Counted from the stretch's first letter, positions 1-9,613 are shown. The stretch: 15,996 bases of DNA from an uncultured Pseudomonadota bacterium (GCA_964454175.1 CAYVSA010000047.1:1-15996); one strand, 5' to 3'. Notes: a model not told the origin generated them from the sequence alone. Numbers and translations are program-made.

Positions 1-930
1 CCCCCCAGAGTCGTAGGTAAAGGACACACCTTCGAACTCAAGCACGCCAGGCCTGGCAGCAGACCGAACGCGTCCCGGGAGTGTATCTCCATGATGGTTA
101 CTAACTCCCTTGCTGCGGGCAAACATCCCGGCCAGGATGGTTGCCATCTCGTCAGTGCTGCGCACGGGTATATTCAGTTTAATACCGCATCCAGCGAGGC
201 TTTGCTGAAGGTCTGCAAGGAACGGTCTAACGATCCTGCCGACACCGAGTACCGCATCGTCGGCAAAAAAATCGGGTGGTTTTCTGACACACTCCACACG
301 GCCGTCAATTATCAGTGCGATCCTGTCGGCCCTTGCCGCTTCCTCCATGTCATGGGTTATCAGGATCACTGTCCTCCCCATCCTGGAAACTCCCTCAAGT
401 GCTTTCAGGACCAGTCCGCGCCCTATCGGATCCAGAAAGGATGTGGGTTCATCCAGAACGATAACCTCCGGGTCCGGTGCAAGTACGCCGGCCAGAGCAA
501 CCATCTGCTGCTCACCGCCGGACAGTCTGTGAGGAAGGGAGCGGCTCAGCCTTTCGATACCAAGCTGGCGTAAAGTATCAGAAACCACCCTAACGATCTC
601 AGCTGGCTCCTTTGCCATCGATTCCAGACCGAAGGCCACATCCTCCTCCACAATCGAAGTTACCAGCTGATTTTCAGGATTTGAGAGGAGAAGGCCCACC
701 CTTGGGTCTGGAGCATCATCAGACAATCCGCGCCCGCCGATGCTGATAGTTCCGCCCGTATGCGCCACAAGACCCTTGATCGCCATTGCGAGAGTGCTTT
801 TACCAGCAGCGTTTGGACCTACGACTGCTATAAACTCCCCTCGCTCAACCTCCAGATCGACACCGTTAAGTGCCGGCTGGTCAGATCCGGGGTAGGAATA
901 TGTAAGATTTTTTATAGACAGGTAGGGCAT
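1..930 (-). CDS. ECF-type (CbiO/EcfA family) ABC transporter ATP-binding protein, probably a fused tandem-NBD form; runs off the window edge (3' partial)
   Basis: Not in the supplied ORF track because there is no stop inside the window. I translated it by hand: ATG at 930, in-frame TGA upstream at 949-951, no stop down to base 1. Protein: MPYLSIKNLTYSYPGSDQPALNGVDLEVERGEFIAVVGPNAAGKSTL...NPENQLVTSIVEEDVAFGLE...LSGGEQQMVALAGVLAPDPEVIVLDEPTSFLDP...ITHDMEEAARADR... It has Walker A, signature, Walker B and H-loop, plus the EcfA/CbiO-typical NPxNQ..VEEDVAFG motif. It ends in VLEFEGVSFTYDSGG, which looks like the start of a second NBD. Confidence 0.88.
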   Translation of the reverse strand, partial: MPYLSIKNLTYSYPGSDQPALNGVDLEVERGEFIAVVGPNAAGKSTLAMAIKGLVAHTGGTISIGGRGLSDDAPDPRVGLLLSNPENQLVTSIVEEDVAFGLESMAKEPAEIVRVVSDTLRQLGIERLSRSLPHRLSGGEQQMVALAGVLAPDPEVIVLDEPTSFLDPIGRGLVLKALEGVSRMGRTVILITHDMEEAARADRIALIIDGRVECVRKPPDFFADDAVLGVGRIVRPFLADLQQSLAGCGIKLNIPVRSTDEMATILAGMFARSKGVSNHHGDTLPGRVRSAARPGVLEFEGVSFTYDSGG

Positions 931-946
931 GGATAGAAATAGACCT

Positions 947-995
947 CGTCAAATGTCCAACGTCCAATGTCAGACGTTCGACGTTCAACTTTAAA
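947..995. repeat. Degenerate 7-bp tandem repeat array, consensus YGTYCAA, 7 units
   Basis: Contiguous units read directly: cgtcaaa tgtccaa cgtccaa tgtcaga cgttcga cgttcaa ctttaaa. Confidence 0.75.
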
Positions 996-1017
996 TGTTT
1001 TTTCAATATGTGCGTAT

Positions 1018-1067
1018 CCTCTAATTTCCAATCTCCAATGTTCCAGTTTCCAATATCCATTAACCAA
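1018..1067. repeat. Degenerate 7-bp tandem repeat array, consensus TNTCCAA, about 7 units
   Basis: Contiguous units read directly: cctctaa tttccaa tctccaa tgttccag (8 nt) tttccaa tatccat taaccaa. Confidence 0.75.
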
Positions 1068-1081
1068 ACCCTACCGCATAC

Positions 1082-1111
1082 AAAAAGGGCAAGGAAACAT
1101 TCCCTGCCCTT
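1082..1111 (-). terminator. Rho-independent terminator ending the ribosomal protein cluster after rplQ
   Basis: Minus strand reads AAGGGCAGGGAA-TGT-TTCCTTGCCCTT-TTTG: a stem of about 12 bp with one G-U pair, running into a T tract, about 30 nt after the rplQ stop. Confidence 0.85.
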
Positions 1112-1140
1112 CTGAGATCTGGTTTGTCGAAAGTGTCCCC

Positions 1141-1815
1141 TCAGCTCTTATCCTTCGGCTCCTTGTCCTTCTTTTTTTCTGTGGCAGTCTTTTTCCCGGT
1201 TTCCTTTTTGGCTGTTTCCTTCTTGGCTGTAACCTTCCTGGCTGTCTTCTTGCCAGCGGGTTTTACTTCTGCCGATTTCTCGTCTTTCGCCTTCTGGGCC
1301 TTCTTTGCTGTTTCCTTGTCCTTCTTTGCCGGTTTATCCTTTGTCTTCTGGTCGGCTTTCTTCTCGGAAGATCCTTTTTTTGCGGCTGTCTTCCTGGGGG
1401 TTTTGGCTTTGGTTTCCTTCTTCTTTGTCTTGCTTTCCTTCTCTTGCTTGGCCTCAATAGGCCTGTCTACAAGTTCCACCATGGCCATGGGAGCATTGTC
1501 GCCACTCCTGGGTTCAAGTTTCAGCACCCTGGTGTAGCCCCCGTCCCTGTCCCGGTAGCGCTCAGCAAGCACGGAAAACAGCTTTTTGACGACCTCATTG
1601 CTTTTGATAAAGGAGATGGCCTGGCGCCTGGCATGAAGGTCGCCGCGCTTACCCAGGGTGATCATTTTTTCGGTCAGCCTGCCAACCTCTTTGGATTTCG
1701 CATTGGTTGTTACTATCCTCTCGTACTGGAGGAGAGATGTCACTATATTGCGGAACATGGCTCTCCGGTGGGAGGTGCTTCGGTTGAGCTTTTTACCAGC
1801 TTTCATATGCCGCAT
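1141..1815 (-). CDS. rplQ: 50S ribosomal protein L17 with long Lys-rich C-terminal extension
   Basis: MRH...[15 protein letters not shown]...[24 protein letters not shown] is the L17 core (aa 1-117). It sits in the canonical position after rpoA. Confidence 0.98.
   Translation of the reverse strand: MRHMKAGKKLNRSTSHRRAMFRNIVTSLLQYERIVTTNAKSKEVGRLTEKMITLGKRGDLHARRQAISFIKSNEVVKKLFSVLAERYRDRDGGYTRVLKLEPRSGDNAPMAMVELVDRPIEAKQEKESKTKKKETKAKTPRKTAAKKGSSEKKADQKTKDKPAKKDKETAKKAQKAKDEKSAEVKPAGKKTARKVTAKKETAKKETGKKTATEKKKDKEPKDKS
1186..1245 (-). repeat. Four tandem 15-bp units inside rplQ encoding [20 protein letters not shown]
   Basis: Plus strand reads agtctttttcccggt / ttcctttttggctgt / ttccttcttggctgt / aaccttcctggctgt. 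Confidence 0.75.
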
Positions 1816-1849
1816 CTGTACCCTACCTTTCGCTCACGACGATGTGTCC

Positions 1850-2875
1850 CTAGGACTCCAACTCAGTCTGTTCTTCCACCGACTCCTCAACCTGTGTCCA
1901 GCCCATAATGTCCATGCCGAAACTAAGACCCATTTCCTCAAGGATCTCCTTGAGCTCGTTCAGTGACTTGCGGCCAAAGTTCTTGGTCTTTAGCATCTCC
2001 GACTCGGTCTTCTGAACCAGCCCCCCGATAGACTTTATGTCAGCGTTCTGGAGGCAGTTGATGGATCGCACCGACAGTTCAAGCTCACTGACGCTTTTGT
2101 TCAGCTTCTCATAAAGCTTCTGTTTCTCTTCCTGGGACTCCTTCTGGACTTCCTCTTCGCCGATCTCCTCCTCCTCGAAGTTGATAAAGAGGTTCATATG
2201 CTCCTTCAGGATCTTGGCGGAGATGGCGAGGGTGTCTTCAGGAATAACACTGCCGTCAGTGGTAATTTCCATGATCAGCTTGTCATAATCCGTCATCATT
2301 CCCACACGAGCGCTCTCTACGCTATAGTTGACCTTGACAATGGGCGAGTGGATAGAATCAATAGCAATAAAATCGACAGGCAATTCCTCTGATTTATTTC
2401 TATCTGCTGGTACATAACCCTTGTTGACACCCACAACGATCTCCATCTTCAGATGGGCACCTTTTTCGAGCGTTGCAATGGTGATGTCAGGGTTCAGGAT
2501 CTCCACTTCATGATCAGTAATTATATCCGCACCGGTGACAACGCCCTTTTTCTTGGTATCCACGGAGATAATCCTTGATTCAACAGTGTGTACGTTAAAA
2601 CGGAGTTCCTTGAGGTTAAGTACGATCTGGGTCACGTCCTCGAAAACACCCGGAATCGTAGAGAATTCGTGGAGCACTCCCTCTATCCTGAAGGCGGTTG
2701 CCGCAGCACCCTGGAGGGAGGACAGCAGGATCCTCCTGAGAGCGTTGCCTATCGTTGTCCCGAATCCCCTTTCGAAGGGTTCTGCCGTAAATCGGCAGAA
2801 AGTCTCACTATTGTTCTTTTCGTCAAATATCAGTTTCCTGGGACGTGTCAGGCTTTTCCAGTTTTTCTCAATCAT
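1850..2875 (-). CDS. rpoA: DNA-directed RNA polymerase subunit alpha
   Basis: Motifs [36 protein letters not shown] and alpha-[15 protein letters not shown]...[17 protein letters not shown] upstream. Confidence 0.99.
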   Translation of the reverse strand: MIEKNWKSLTRPRKLIFDEKNNSETFCRFTAEPFERGFGTTIGNALRRILLSSLQGAAATAFRIEGVLHEFSTIPGVFEDVTQIVLNLKELRFNVHTVESRIISVDTKKKGVVTGADIITDHEVEILNPDITIATLEKGAHLKMEIVVGVNKGYVPADRNKSEELPVDFIAIDSIHSPIVKVNYSVESARVGMMTDYDKLIMEITTDGSVIPEDTLAISAKILKEHMNLFINFEEEEIGEEEVQKESQEEKQKLYEKLNKSVSELELSVRSINCLQNADIKSIGGLVQKTESEMLKTKNFGRKSLNELKEILEEMGLSFGMDIMGWTQVEESVEEQTELES

Positions 2876-2902
2876 CGCAATCTATCTCCTGGCAGGCTCG
2901 TG

Positions 2903-3529
2903 CTACTTGGAGTAAAGCTCAACTATAAGCTGCTCCTGCACCGGCAGGGCAATTTCTTCACGGGTTGGAAAATTCTTGAACATACCCTTGAAACTGGGGG
3001 GTTCAAGTTCCAGCCATGCGGGAACACTTTTACGTTCAGCTGAGAGCATGGCTTCCTTGATCCTTACAGTTTTCCTGCTTTTTTCCCGGATCTCCACCGC
3101 ATCTCCCGGCCTGAGCAGGAAAGACGGAATATTTACCTTACGGCCGTTTACCATGACGTGCCCGTGCCTGATCAGTTGGCGCGAATCTGCCCTTGATGAA
3201 GCAAAACCAAGCCGGAAAACAGTATTGTCCAGCCGCCGTTCCAGCAGAACGAGGAGGTTCTCGCCTGTCACACCTCTCTGATTGTCGGCCATCTTGAAGT
3301 AATTCCTGAACTGGGCTTCCATCACGCCGTAAATTCTTTTTGCCTTTTGCTTTTCCCGAAGCTGGATCCCATAGTCGGAATGCTTGATCCTCCTCGTGCC
3401 ATGCACTCCGGGAGGATAAGGCCTGCGCTCAACGGCACATTTATCCGAGTAACACCGGTCGCCCTTGAGGAACAGCTTAGCGCCCTCCCTCCGGCATAAA
3501 CGGCAGACTGATTCGCGGTATCGAGCCAA
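2903..3529 (-). CDS. rpsD: 30S ribosomal protein S4 (Cys-containing form), TTG start
   Basis: [51 protein letters not shown]. Confidence 0.99.
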   Translation of the reverse strand: MARYRESVCRLCRREGAKLFLKGDRCYSDKCAVERRPYPPGVHGTRRIKHSDYGIQLREKQKAKRIYGVMEAQFRNYFKMADNQRGVTGENLLVLLERRLDNTVFRLGFASSRADSRQLIRHGHVMVNGRKVNIPSFLLRPGDAVEIREKSRKTVRIKEAMLSAERKSVPAWLELEPPSFKGMFKNFPTREEIALPVQEQLIVELYSK

Positions 3530-3548
3530 AATAAACCTCCTTGTTTAC

Positions 3549-3938
3549 CTAAACCCTTCGCCTCTTGGGCGGACGGCATCCGTTGTGTGGTATCGGCGTA
3601 ACGTCTCTGATGGTGGAGATCTCGAGGCCTGCGGCCTGGAGAGCCCTCAGGGCTGCTTCTCGCCCTGATCCTGGGCCTTTTACAAGGACGTTGACTTTGC
3701 GTACACCGTGTTCCATGGCCATTTTGGCGGCATCCGTGGCTGCCAACTGGGCCGCAAATGGTGTGCTCTTCCTGGAACCCTTGAAACCCTTACTGCCAGC
3801 GCTGCACCACGTCAATGTGTTGCCGACTGGGTCAGTAATTGTGATTATTGTGTTATTGAACGTAGCCTGGATATGGGCAACCCCCACCGGTACGTTCTTC
3901 TTGACTTTTTTTGACGATCCTTTTTTCGGTTTAGCCAT
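3549..3938 (-). CDS. rpsK: 30S ribosomal protein S11
   Basis: [42 protein letters not shown]. Confidence 0.99.
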   Translation of the reverse strand: MAKPKKGSSKKVKKNVPVGVAHIQATFNNTIITITDPVGNTLTWCSAGSKGFKGSRKSTPFAAQLAATDAAKMAMEHGVRKVNVLVKGPGSGREAALRALQAAGLEISTIRDVTPIPHNGCRPPKRRRV

Positions 3939-3958
3939 TTCTTCCTCCGGATTCCCAG

Positions 3959-4330
3959 CTACTTCTTCTTCCTGCCGCCAATAGAGGGCTTGCGGCCCTT
4001 TCTCGACCTGGCATTTGTTTTAGTCCTCTGGCCCCGCACCGGCAAACCGCGCCTGTGTCTCAGGCCCTCATAGGAACCCAGGTCCATCTTCCTCTTGATG
4101 TTGAAGGCTATCTCTCTTCTGAGATCCCCTTCCACAATGTGCGTATTGGTGATGACATCCCTGATGCTGCTGACCTGCTTTTCATCCAGGTCTACAACCC
4201 TGACATCCGGATCCACATCTGCATCCCGCACAATTTTAGCGGCCTTGGTTGGTCCTATACCGTAAATATATGTAAGGGCCACCTCGATCCGTTTGTTCCT
4301 TGGTAAATCCACTCCAGCGATACGAGCCAC
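3959..4330 (-). CDS. rpsM: 30S ribosomal protein S13, GTG start
   Basis: [43 protein letters not shown]. Confidence 0.99.
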   Translation of the reverse strand: MARIAGVDLPRNKRIEVALTYIYGIGPTKAAKIVRDADVDPDVRVVDLDEKQVSSIRDVITNTHIVEGDLRREIAFNIKRKMDLGSYEGLRHRRGLPVRGQRTKTNARSRKGRKPSIGGRKKK

Positions 4331-4346
4331 TTTCTACCTCCTGGCT

Positions 4347-4460
4347 TTAACCCTGTCTCTGTTTGTGCTTCGGGTTCACGCAGATGACCCGGACGACCCT
4401 ATTTCGCCGGACGATCTTGCACTTGTCGCACATCTTCTTCACCGAAGGTCTGACTTTCAT
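4347..4460 (-). CDS. rpmJ: 50S ribosomal protein L36 (zinc-ribbon form, 37 aa)
   Basis: Too short for the ORF track. Hand translation gives [37 protein letters not shown]. It lies between infA and rpsM. Confidence 0.98.
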   Translation of the reverse strand: MKVRPSVKKMCDKCKIVRRNRVVRVICVNPKHKQRQG

Positions 4461-4484
4461 CTCTCATCTATCCTTTCGGGAAGG

Positions 4485-4703
4485 TCATTTGACCCGGTAA
4501 GTTATCCTTCCCCTGGTAAGATCATAGGGTGAGAGCTCAACGGTGACCCGGTCTCCAGGCAGGATCCGGATATAGTGCATCCGCATTTTGCCGGAGATAT
4601 GAGCCAGCACCTGGTGCCCGTTGTCCAGTTCAACCCTGAACATCGCATTCGGCAGCGGTTCAACTACCTTGCCCTCAACCTCAATTGCTTCCTCTTTGGC
4701 CAT
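4485..4703 (-). CDS. infA: Translation initiation factor IF-1
   Basis: [55 protein letters not shown]. Confidence 0.99.
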   Translation of the reverse strand: MAKEEAIEVEGKVVEPLPNAMFRVELDNGHQVLAHISGKMRMHYIRILPGDRVTVELSPYDLTRGRITYRVK

Positions 4704-4720
4704 ACCTCAATTATCTCCTG

Positions 4721-5479
4721 CTATAGTTCCTCATCTATGGTCAATATGACGGGGCCATCAGCGGTAATGGCGATCGTGTGCTCAAAGTGGGCCGACAAAC
4801 CGCCGTCTGCTGTTACCGCTGTCCATCCGTCACCCTGCACGTTCACAGCATCTGTACCCTCGTTGACCATTGGCTCTATTGCCAGTGTCATGCCCTCCTT
4901 GAGCCGGGCTCCGGAGTTAGGCCCACCAAAGTTGGGTACCTGGGGTTCCTCGTGAAGACTCCGCCCTATACCGTGCCCAACGAAGGTTTTGACAACCGAG
5001 TACCCGTTTTTTTCGACATAGCTCTGAACTGAATGGGATATATTCCCTATCCTGTTCCCGGCAGTAGCCGACCGGATACCCTGGAAGAGCGACTCCTTCG
5101 TAACCTTCATCAACTTCCTGGCATCACCGCTGATCTCACCGACTGGTAATGTTACAGCAGCATCGGTGTAAAAACCCTTGTAATAAGCACCAAAATCGAA
5201 TCCAACTATATCACCGTCTTCAAATATCCGCTCGTCCGATGGTATTCCATGCACAACCTCGTTGTTAATGGACACGCAAATACAACTTGGATAACCCATG
5301 TACCCTTTAAAAGCAGGCACCACACCCATTGCTCGCGACTTTTCTTCGACCAGTTTCTCTATTTCCGATGTGGCAATTCCAGGCCTTAACGCCTCCTCAA
5401 CCTCTTTCAGTATCTTTGCCACGACCCTGCCGCTATGCAGCATGATAGCGATATCGGTTAGAGATTTGGTATGAATCAT
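4721..5479 (-). CDS. map: Type I methionine aminopeptidase
   Basis: CVSINNEVVHGIP, with metal ligands in DFG...TD, GHGIG..LHEEP, AIEPM and SAHFEHT. Confidence 0.97.
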   Translation of the reverse strand: MIHTKSLTDIAIMLHSGRVVAKILKEVEEALRPGIATSEIEKLVEEKSRAMGVVPAFKGYMGYPSCICVSINNEVVHGIPSDERIFEDGDIVGFDFGAYYKGFYTDAAVTLPVGEISGDARKLMKVTKESLFQGIRSATAGNRIGNISHSVQSYVEKNGYSVVKTFVGHGIGRSLHEEPQVPNFGGPNSGARLKEGMTLAIEPMVNEGTDAVNVQGDGWTAVTADGGLSAHFEHTIAITADGPVILTIDEEL

Positions 5480-5513
5480 CTCCTGCCACCTGGTCCTGAG
5501 GCCGATCCCGTTC

Positions 5514-6167
5514 CTAATCCAACCCGGCCAGGCTGTCGACTATCTGGGAGAAGATATCGCTTATGTCTCCCGTACCCTGGATATTTTTTAAGCTGCCCTT
5601 TTTCCCGTAGTACGAAATAAGGGGGGACGTCTGGTCGTGATATACCCTGAGGCGCTGCCGGATAGTATCTTCCTTGTCATCATCTCTCTGGTAAAGCTCC
5701 CCCGCACAACTATCACAAGCGTCCTCGCTGGCCGGGGGGTTGAAAACGACATGAAAACTTTCGCCGCATCCCTTGCACATCCTGCGCCCCGTCAGACGGG
5801 TCACCAGTTCTTCATCATCTACTTCGATGCAGACGACGCTGTCTATATTCCGGCCGTTTTCGCTGAGAATGCCGTCGAGGGCCTCTGCCTGGGCGATGGT
5901 CCTGGGAAACCCGTCCAGGATGAATCCACCACGTGCATCAGGTTCCTTAATACGCTCATCGATGATGCCTATGACAACGCTGTCGGGCACCAGCTCACCC
6001 TTGTCCATGTAGTTTTTCGCTTCAGTACCGAGCTGGGTCCCTTCCCTGACGGCGGCTCTGAGGATATCTCCTGTGGATACCTGGGGAATATTCCATTTTT
6101 CAACCATCATTTTGGCCTGGGTACCTTTACCGGCACCAGGAGGCCCCAAAAGAATTATATCCATCAT
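5514..6167 (-). CDS. adk: Adenylate kinase with four-Cys LID; start could be 6167 or 6164
   Basis: P-loop [31 protein letters not shown]. The start overlaps the secY stop (ATGA). Confidence 0.98.
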   Translation of the reverse strand: MMDIILLGPPGAGKGTQAKMMVEKWNIPQVSTGDILRAAVREGTQLGTEAKNYMDKGELVPDSVVIGIIDERIKEPDARGGFILDGFPRTIAQAEALDGILSENGRNIDSVVCIEVDDEELVTRLTGRRMCKGCGESFHVVFNPPASEDACDSCAGELYQRDDDKEDTIRQRLRVYHDQTSPLISYYGKKGSLKNIQGTGDISDIFSQIVDSLAGLD

Positions 6168-7471
6168 CTTCTCCCCTTGATCCTGCCTTTTTTAAGAAAA
6201 CCTTCGTAATGCCTGGTTACAAGGTGTGTTTCGATCTGGGTAACAGTGTCCAGGGCCACACCGACTACAATGAGGAGTCCAGTTCCGCCAAAATAGAAAG
6301 GAACGTTAAATATCCTGTAGAGAATCTCCGGCAGAACGCATACCAGTGACAGGTAGATGGCTCCTCCGAAAGTAATCCTGGAAAGGACTCTGTCAATATG
6401 CTCAGAGGTTCTCCTTCCCGGTCGGATCCCGGGAATGAATCCCCCGTACTTTTTCAGATTGTCCGCAACGTCAATGGGGTTGAACTGTATGGCTGTATAG
6501 AAGTAACAGAAGAAGATTATTAATCCTACGTAAAGCACCGTGTAGAGCGCCCTGCCCGGAGCAAAAGTGTTGGCGATCGCCTCCATGATGGGGTTCTTTA
6601 TGAACCCGGCAACAGTGGCGGGAAACATCAGGATGGAAGACGCAAAAATAGGCGGTATGACTCCCGAAGTGTTTACCTTGAGCGGAAGGTGAGTGCTCTG
6701 CCCACCGTACATCTTCCTGCCTACAACTCGCTTGGCATACTGGACCGGTATCTTACGCTGACCCCTTTCCATAAATATGATGAAGCCAACGACAGCCACC
6801 ATGAGGATCAGCACGAAAACCATGAGAAAAGCCGATATCTCGCCAGTTTTGAGAAGGGTAAAAGTCCTGCCTGTTGCCGTGGGCATCCTCGCCACAATTC
6901 CCGCAAATATGATCAGGGAAATACCGTTGCCAATACCCCGCTCTGTGATCTGTTCGCCGAGCCACATTATGAAGGCAGTTCCAGCCGTGAGGCTGATCAC
7001 GGTAAAGACCCTGAACCCCCAGCCGGGGAAGGGAACGATGGCCGCTCCGCCCGGGCTTGTCATCTGCTCCAGCCCGATGGATATCCCGAAACTCTGGAAC
7101 GCCGCGAGGCCGACAGTTCCGTAACGAGTGTACCTGATGATCTTCCGACGACCAGCCTCCCCTTCCTTGGAAAGCCTCTCCAGGTAGGGTATCACCACGG
7201 TGAGCAGCTGAATGATAATGCTTGCACTGATGTATGGCATTATCCCCAGAGCGAAAATGGTCATCTTCAAAAGAGCGCCGCCGGCGAAAAGGTCGAAGAA
7301 TCCGAGAAGAGTTCCCTGGGCCTGCTTGAAAAACTCTGCCAGAGCGACGCCGTCGATCCCTGGTGTGGGGATATGGGCACCGATCCTGTATACCGCAAGG
7401 AGACCCAGCGTAACGAAGATTCGACGCTTTAATTCAGGGATCTTGAAAACATTTGAAAGTCCACCGAACAA
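6164..7471 (-). CDS. secY: Preprotein translocase subunit SecY, TTG start
   Basis: [62 protein letters not shown]. Confidence 0.99.
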   Translation of the reverse strand: MFGGLSNVFKIPELKRRIFVTLGLLAVYRIGAHIPTPGIDGVALAEFFKQAQGTLLGFFDLFAGGALLKMTIFALGIMPYISASIIIQLLTVVIPYLERLSKEGEAGRRKIIRYTRYGTVGLAAFQSFGISIGLEQMTSPGGAAIVPFPGWGFRVFTVISLTAGTAFIMWLGEQITERGIGNGISLIIFAGIVARMPTATGRTFTLLKTGEISAFLMVFVLILMVAVVGFIIFMERGQRKIPVQYAKRVVGRKMYGGQSTHLPLKVNTSGVIPPIFASSILMFPATVAGFIKNPIMEAIANTFAPGRALYTVLYVGLIIFFCYFYTAIQFNPIDVADNLKKYGGFIPGIRPGRRTSEHIDRVLSRITFGGAIYLSLVCVLPEILYRIFNVPFYFGGTGLLIVVGVALDTVTQIETHLVTRHYEGFLKKGRIKGRR

Positions 7472-7475
7472 TTAA

Positions 7476-7916
7476 CTATCCTTCCAGAATTTCTACCTTG
7501 CCCCCGGCCTTTTCAACCTTACTGGCAGCGGATTCAGATATCTTATGGATCCTGAGCGTGACAGGCCGTTCGAGTTCTCCCACCCCCAGCACTTTAACAG
7601 GGCGGCCTTTTCTAACGAGCCTGAACCTTTCCAGAACGTCCGGGTCAATAACGTCAACATCGGAGATCCTGGAAAGATCCTTCAGATTGACAACGGAATA
7701 TACCGTCCGGAACAGGTTTGTGAAACCGCGCTTCGGCAGCCTCCTCTGGAGAGGCATCTGGCCTCCCTCAAAACCGGCTTTGACACTGCCGCCCGAACGG
7801 GACAGCTGGCCGTTGGCTCCGCTGCCGCAGGTGCCGCCCAAACCCGAGCCCTGCCCTCTGCCTACCCGGCGCCGTTTTCTGGTGGCGCCTGGTGCCGGCT
7901 TCAATTTATCCAGCAT
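7476..7916 (-). CDS. rplO: 50S ribosomal protein L15
   Basis: RVGRGQGSG.G.T.G.G..GQ.SRSG, GFEGGQMPL.RRLPKRGF. Confidence 0.98.
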   Translation of the reverse strand: MLDKLKPAPGATRKRRRVGRGQGSGLGGTCGSGANGQLSRSGGSVKAGFEGGQMPLQRRLPKRGFTNLFRTVYSVVNLKDLSRISDVDVIDPDVLERFRLVRKGRPVKVLGVGELERPVTLRIHKISESAASKVEKAGGKVEILEG

Positions 7917-8105
7917 CTATTTATCCTCCAAAATTTCGATCCTGACCAGGTGCGGTACCTTGTCAAGCATACCCCTGATCCGCGGATTGTCGTCGTGTTC
8001 GACAGTCTGGTGAAGCTTTCTCAGCCCCAGGCTCTGAACTATCCTCTTGTGATTCTCAGGCCTTCCAATGGTGCTTCTAACCAGGGTAACCAAGATATTT
8101 CCCAT
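7917..8105 (-). CDS. rpmD: 50S ribosomal protein L30 (62 aa)
   Basis: Start reassigned to the ATG at 8105, which has GGAG upstream and does not overlap rpsE. Protein: MGNILVTLVRSTIGR...SLGLRKLHQTVEHDDNPRIRGMLDKVPHLV. Confidence 0.95.
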   Translation of the reverse strand: MGNILVTLVRSTIGRPENHKRIVQSLGLRKLHQTVEHDDNPRIRGMLDKVPHLVRIEILEDK

Positions 8106-8121
8106 TCTCCTGCTCCAATCC

Positions 8122-8649
8122 TCAATCGCCCAGGATCTCGCTGACCTTCTTGCCGCGAATGAAGGCAATCTCCTCAGGGCTCCTCAGCGACAGAAGTCCC
8201 TGCATGGTGGCCATCAGGACGTTGTTGGGGTTGTTTGTGCCTATACATTTGGACAGTACGTCCTTAACACCTAGTGACTCCATAAGGGCCCTCACTGGAC
8301 CGCCGGCGATAACTCCTGTTCCGTGGGATGCAGGCTTCAGGAGTACGCGAGCCGCTCCCCACCTGCCCATAACCTGATGATGAATAGTCGTCCCGGCAAG
8401 GGGTATCTTGTATAAATTCTTCTTGGCGTCCTCGATGCCCTTTCGGATAGCCTCCGGGACCTCGTTAGCCTTGCCTGAACCGACTCCCACCGTACCTTTG
8501 CCGTTGCCGACCACAACCAGGGCGCTGAAGCGGAACCGCCTCCCACCCTTGACGACCTTGGCAACACGATTGATGAAGACTACCTTGTCTATAAGCTCTG
8601 TCTCGTCAAGTCGTACGTCCCTGAGAGGTTTTTTAGAAAGCTTTTTCAT
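8122..8649 (-). CDS. rpsE: 30S ribosomal protein S5
   Basis: [47 protein letters not shown]. The ATG at 8649 (AAGGTG upstream) is preferred over the GTG at 8655. Confidence 0.97.
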   Translation of the reverse strand: MKKLSKKPLRDVRLDETELIDKVVFINRVAKVVKGGRRFRFSALVVVGNGKGTVGVGSGKANEVPEAIRKGIEDAKKNLYKIPLAGTTIHHQVMGRWGAARVLLKPASHGTGVIAGGPVRALMESLGVKDVLSKCIGTNNPNNVLMATMQGLLSLRSPEEIAFIRGKKVSEILGD

Positions 8650-8680
8650 CGTCACACCTTTTATAAACTGTTTGTGGCCA

Positions 8681-9049
8681 TCAGAACTTCAAGCCGCCTT
8701 CCCTGGCTGCCTCGGCCAGAGCCCTTATCCTTCCGTGATACCTGTAGCCGCCCCGATCAAAGGAGACTACTCCTATTTTCTTTGAAACCGCTCGCTCGGC
8801 AAGAAGGCTGCCCACTCTGGATGCTGCATCTGAGTTGCCGCCATGCTTGACCGAACCCTTAAGCTCCCTGTCCATCGTGGAAGCGCTGACCAGGACAGTG
8901 CCGAGATCATCGTTTATTATCTGTGCATAGATGTGCCTTGAACTTCTGAAAACAGAAAGCCTTGGTCTTTCGGCACTACCGAAAATCTTTCCCCTGATCC
9001 GGCGCCGCCTTCTGCTGCGCGCAACCACTTTTTCGTCAGTCTTTCCCAC
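8681..9049 (-). CDS. rplR: 50S ribosomal protein L18, GTG start
   Basis: [44 protein letters not shown]. Confidence 0.98.
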   Translation of the reverse strand: MGKTDEKVVARSRRRRRIRGKIFGSAERPRLSVFRSSRHIYAQIINDDLGTVLVSASTMDRELKGSVKHGGNSDAASRVGSLLAERAVSKKIGVVSFDRGGYRYHGRIRALAEAAREGGLKF

Positions 9050-9073
9050 CTTATAAATCCTCCGCTGAAGCAG

Positions 9074-9613
9074 CTATTTAATTACTGCTTTTCCAACCTT
9101 GCGCTTGATGTACTCACCCACGTATCTTATCCCCTTGCCCTTGTAGGGTTCAGGAGGACGGATGGACCTGATATCGGCCGCTACCTGGCCCACCTGCTGT
9201 TTGTCTATACCGCTTACAGTTATACGGTTGTTGCCGTCGACATCGGCAGTGATCCCGTTGGGCAGTTTGAACTGTACGGGATTTGAGAACCCAACGTGGA
9301 GCTCCAGGCTTGACCCCTTCTGGAATGCACGGTAACCAACGCCTTCCATATCCAGTTTCTTTTCAAACCCTTCGGACACGCCCGTAACCATGTTGCTGAT
9401 CAGCGAACGCATAAGGCCCTGCAGTGCCGTATTCTGTTTTGGGCGGGAAGGAGGAAGGACCGATACGGATTCCTTTTCGACTTCCACTTCAACCCCATTA
9501 GGAAGGACCCTTGCCAGGCTTCCCTTAGGGCCCCTGGCGGAGATCTTCCTGCCTTCCAGGCTTACGACAACACCGCCTGGTATGAACACCGGCTGTTTAC
9601 CTATTCTGGACAT
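9074..9613 (-). CDS. rplF: 50S ribosomal protein L6
   Basis: MSRIGKQP, GVGYRA, RPPEPYKGKGIRY. Confidence 0.99.
   Translation of the reverse strand: MSRIGKQPVFIPGGVVVSLEGRKISARGPKGSLARVLPNGVEVEVEKESVSVLPPSRPKQNTALQGLMRSLISNMVTGVSEGFEKKLDMEGVGYRAFQKGSSLELHVGFSNPVQFKLPNGITADVDGNNRITVSGIDKQQVGQVAADIRSIRPPEPYKGKGIRYVGEYIKRKVGKAVIK

Noticed and set aside
91-573. 160-aa plus-strand ORF
   Set aside because: It lies antisense, in codon register, to the ABC ATPase, which has clear family motifs. The ORF itself has none.
947-1067. Heptamer arrays considered as a CRISPR array or an IS end
   Set aside because: The units are 7 bp and contiguous with no unique spacers. No cas gene, transposase or terminal inverted repeat is visible.
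967-1908. 313-aa plus-strand ORF rich in Phe/Leu/Cys that looks like a membrane protein
   Set aside because: It is the antisense shadow of rplQ. The hydrophobic stretch is the reverse complement of the Lys/Glu codons of the L17 tail, and the ORF also crosses the terminator and repeats.
1850-2180. Acidic linker and acidic C-terminal tail of RpoA next to the basic L17 tail
   Set aside because: Acidic linkers and tails are common in RpoA, and nothing in the sequence supports an interaction with L17.
4064-4078. S13 motif GSYEG where GxYRG is more usual
   Set aside because: A single substitution in an otherwise typical S13. I cannot support any functional claim without an alignment.
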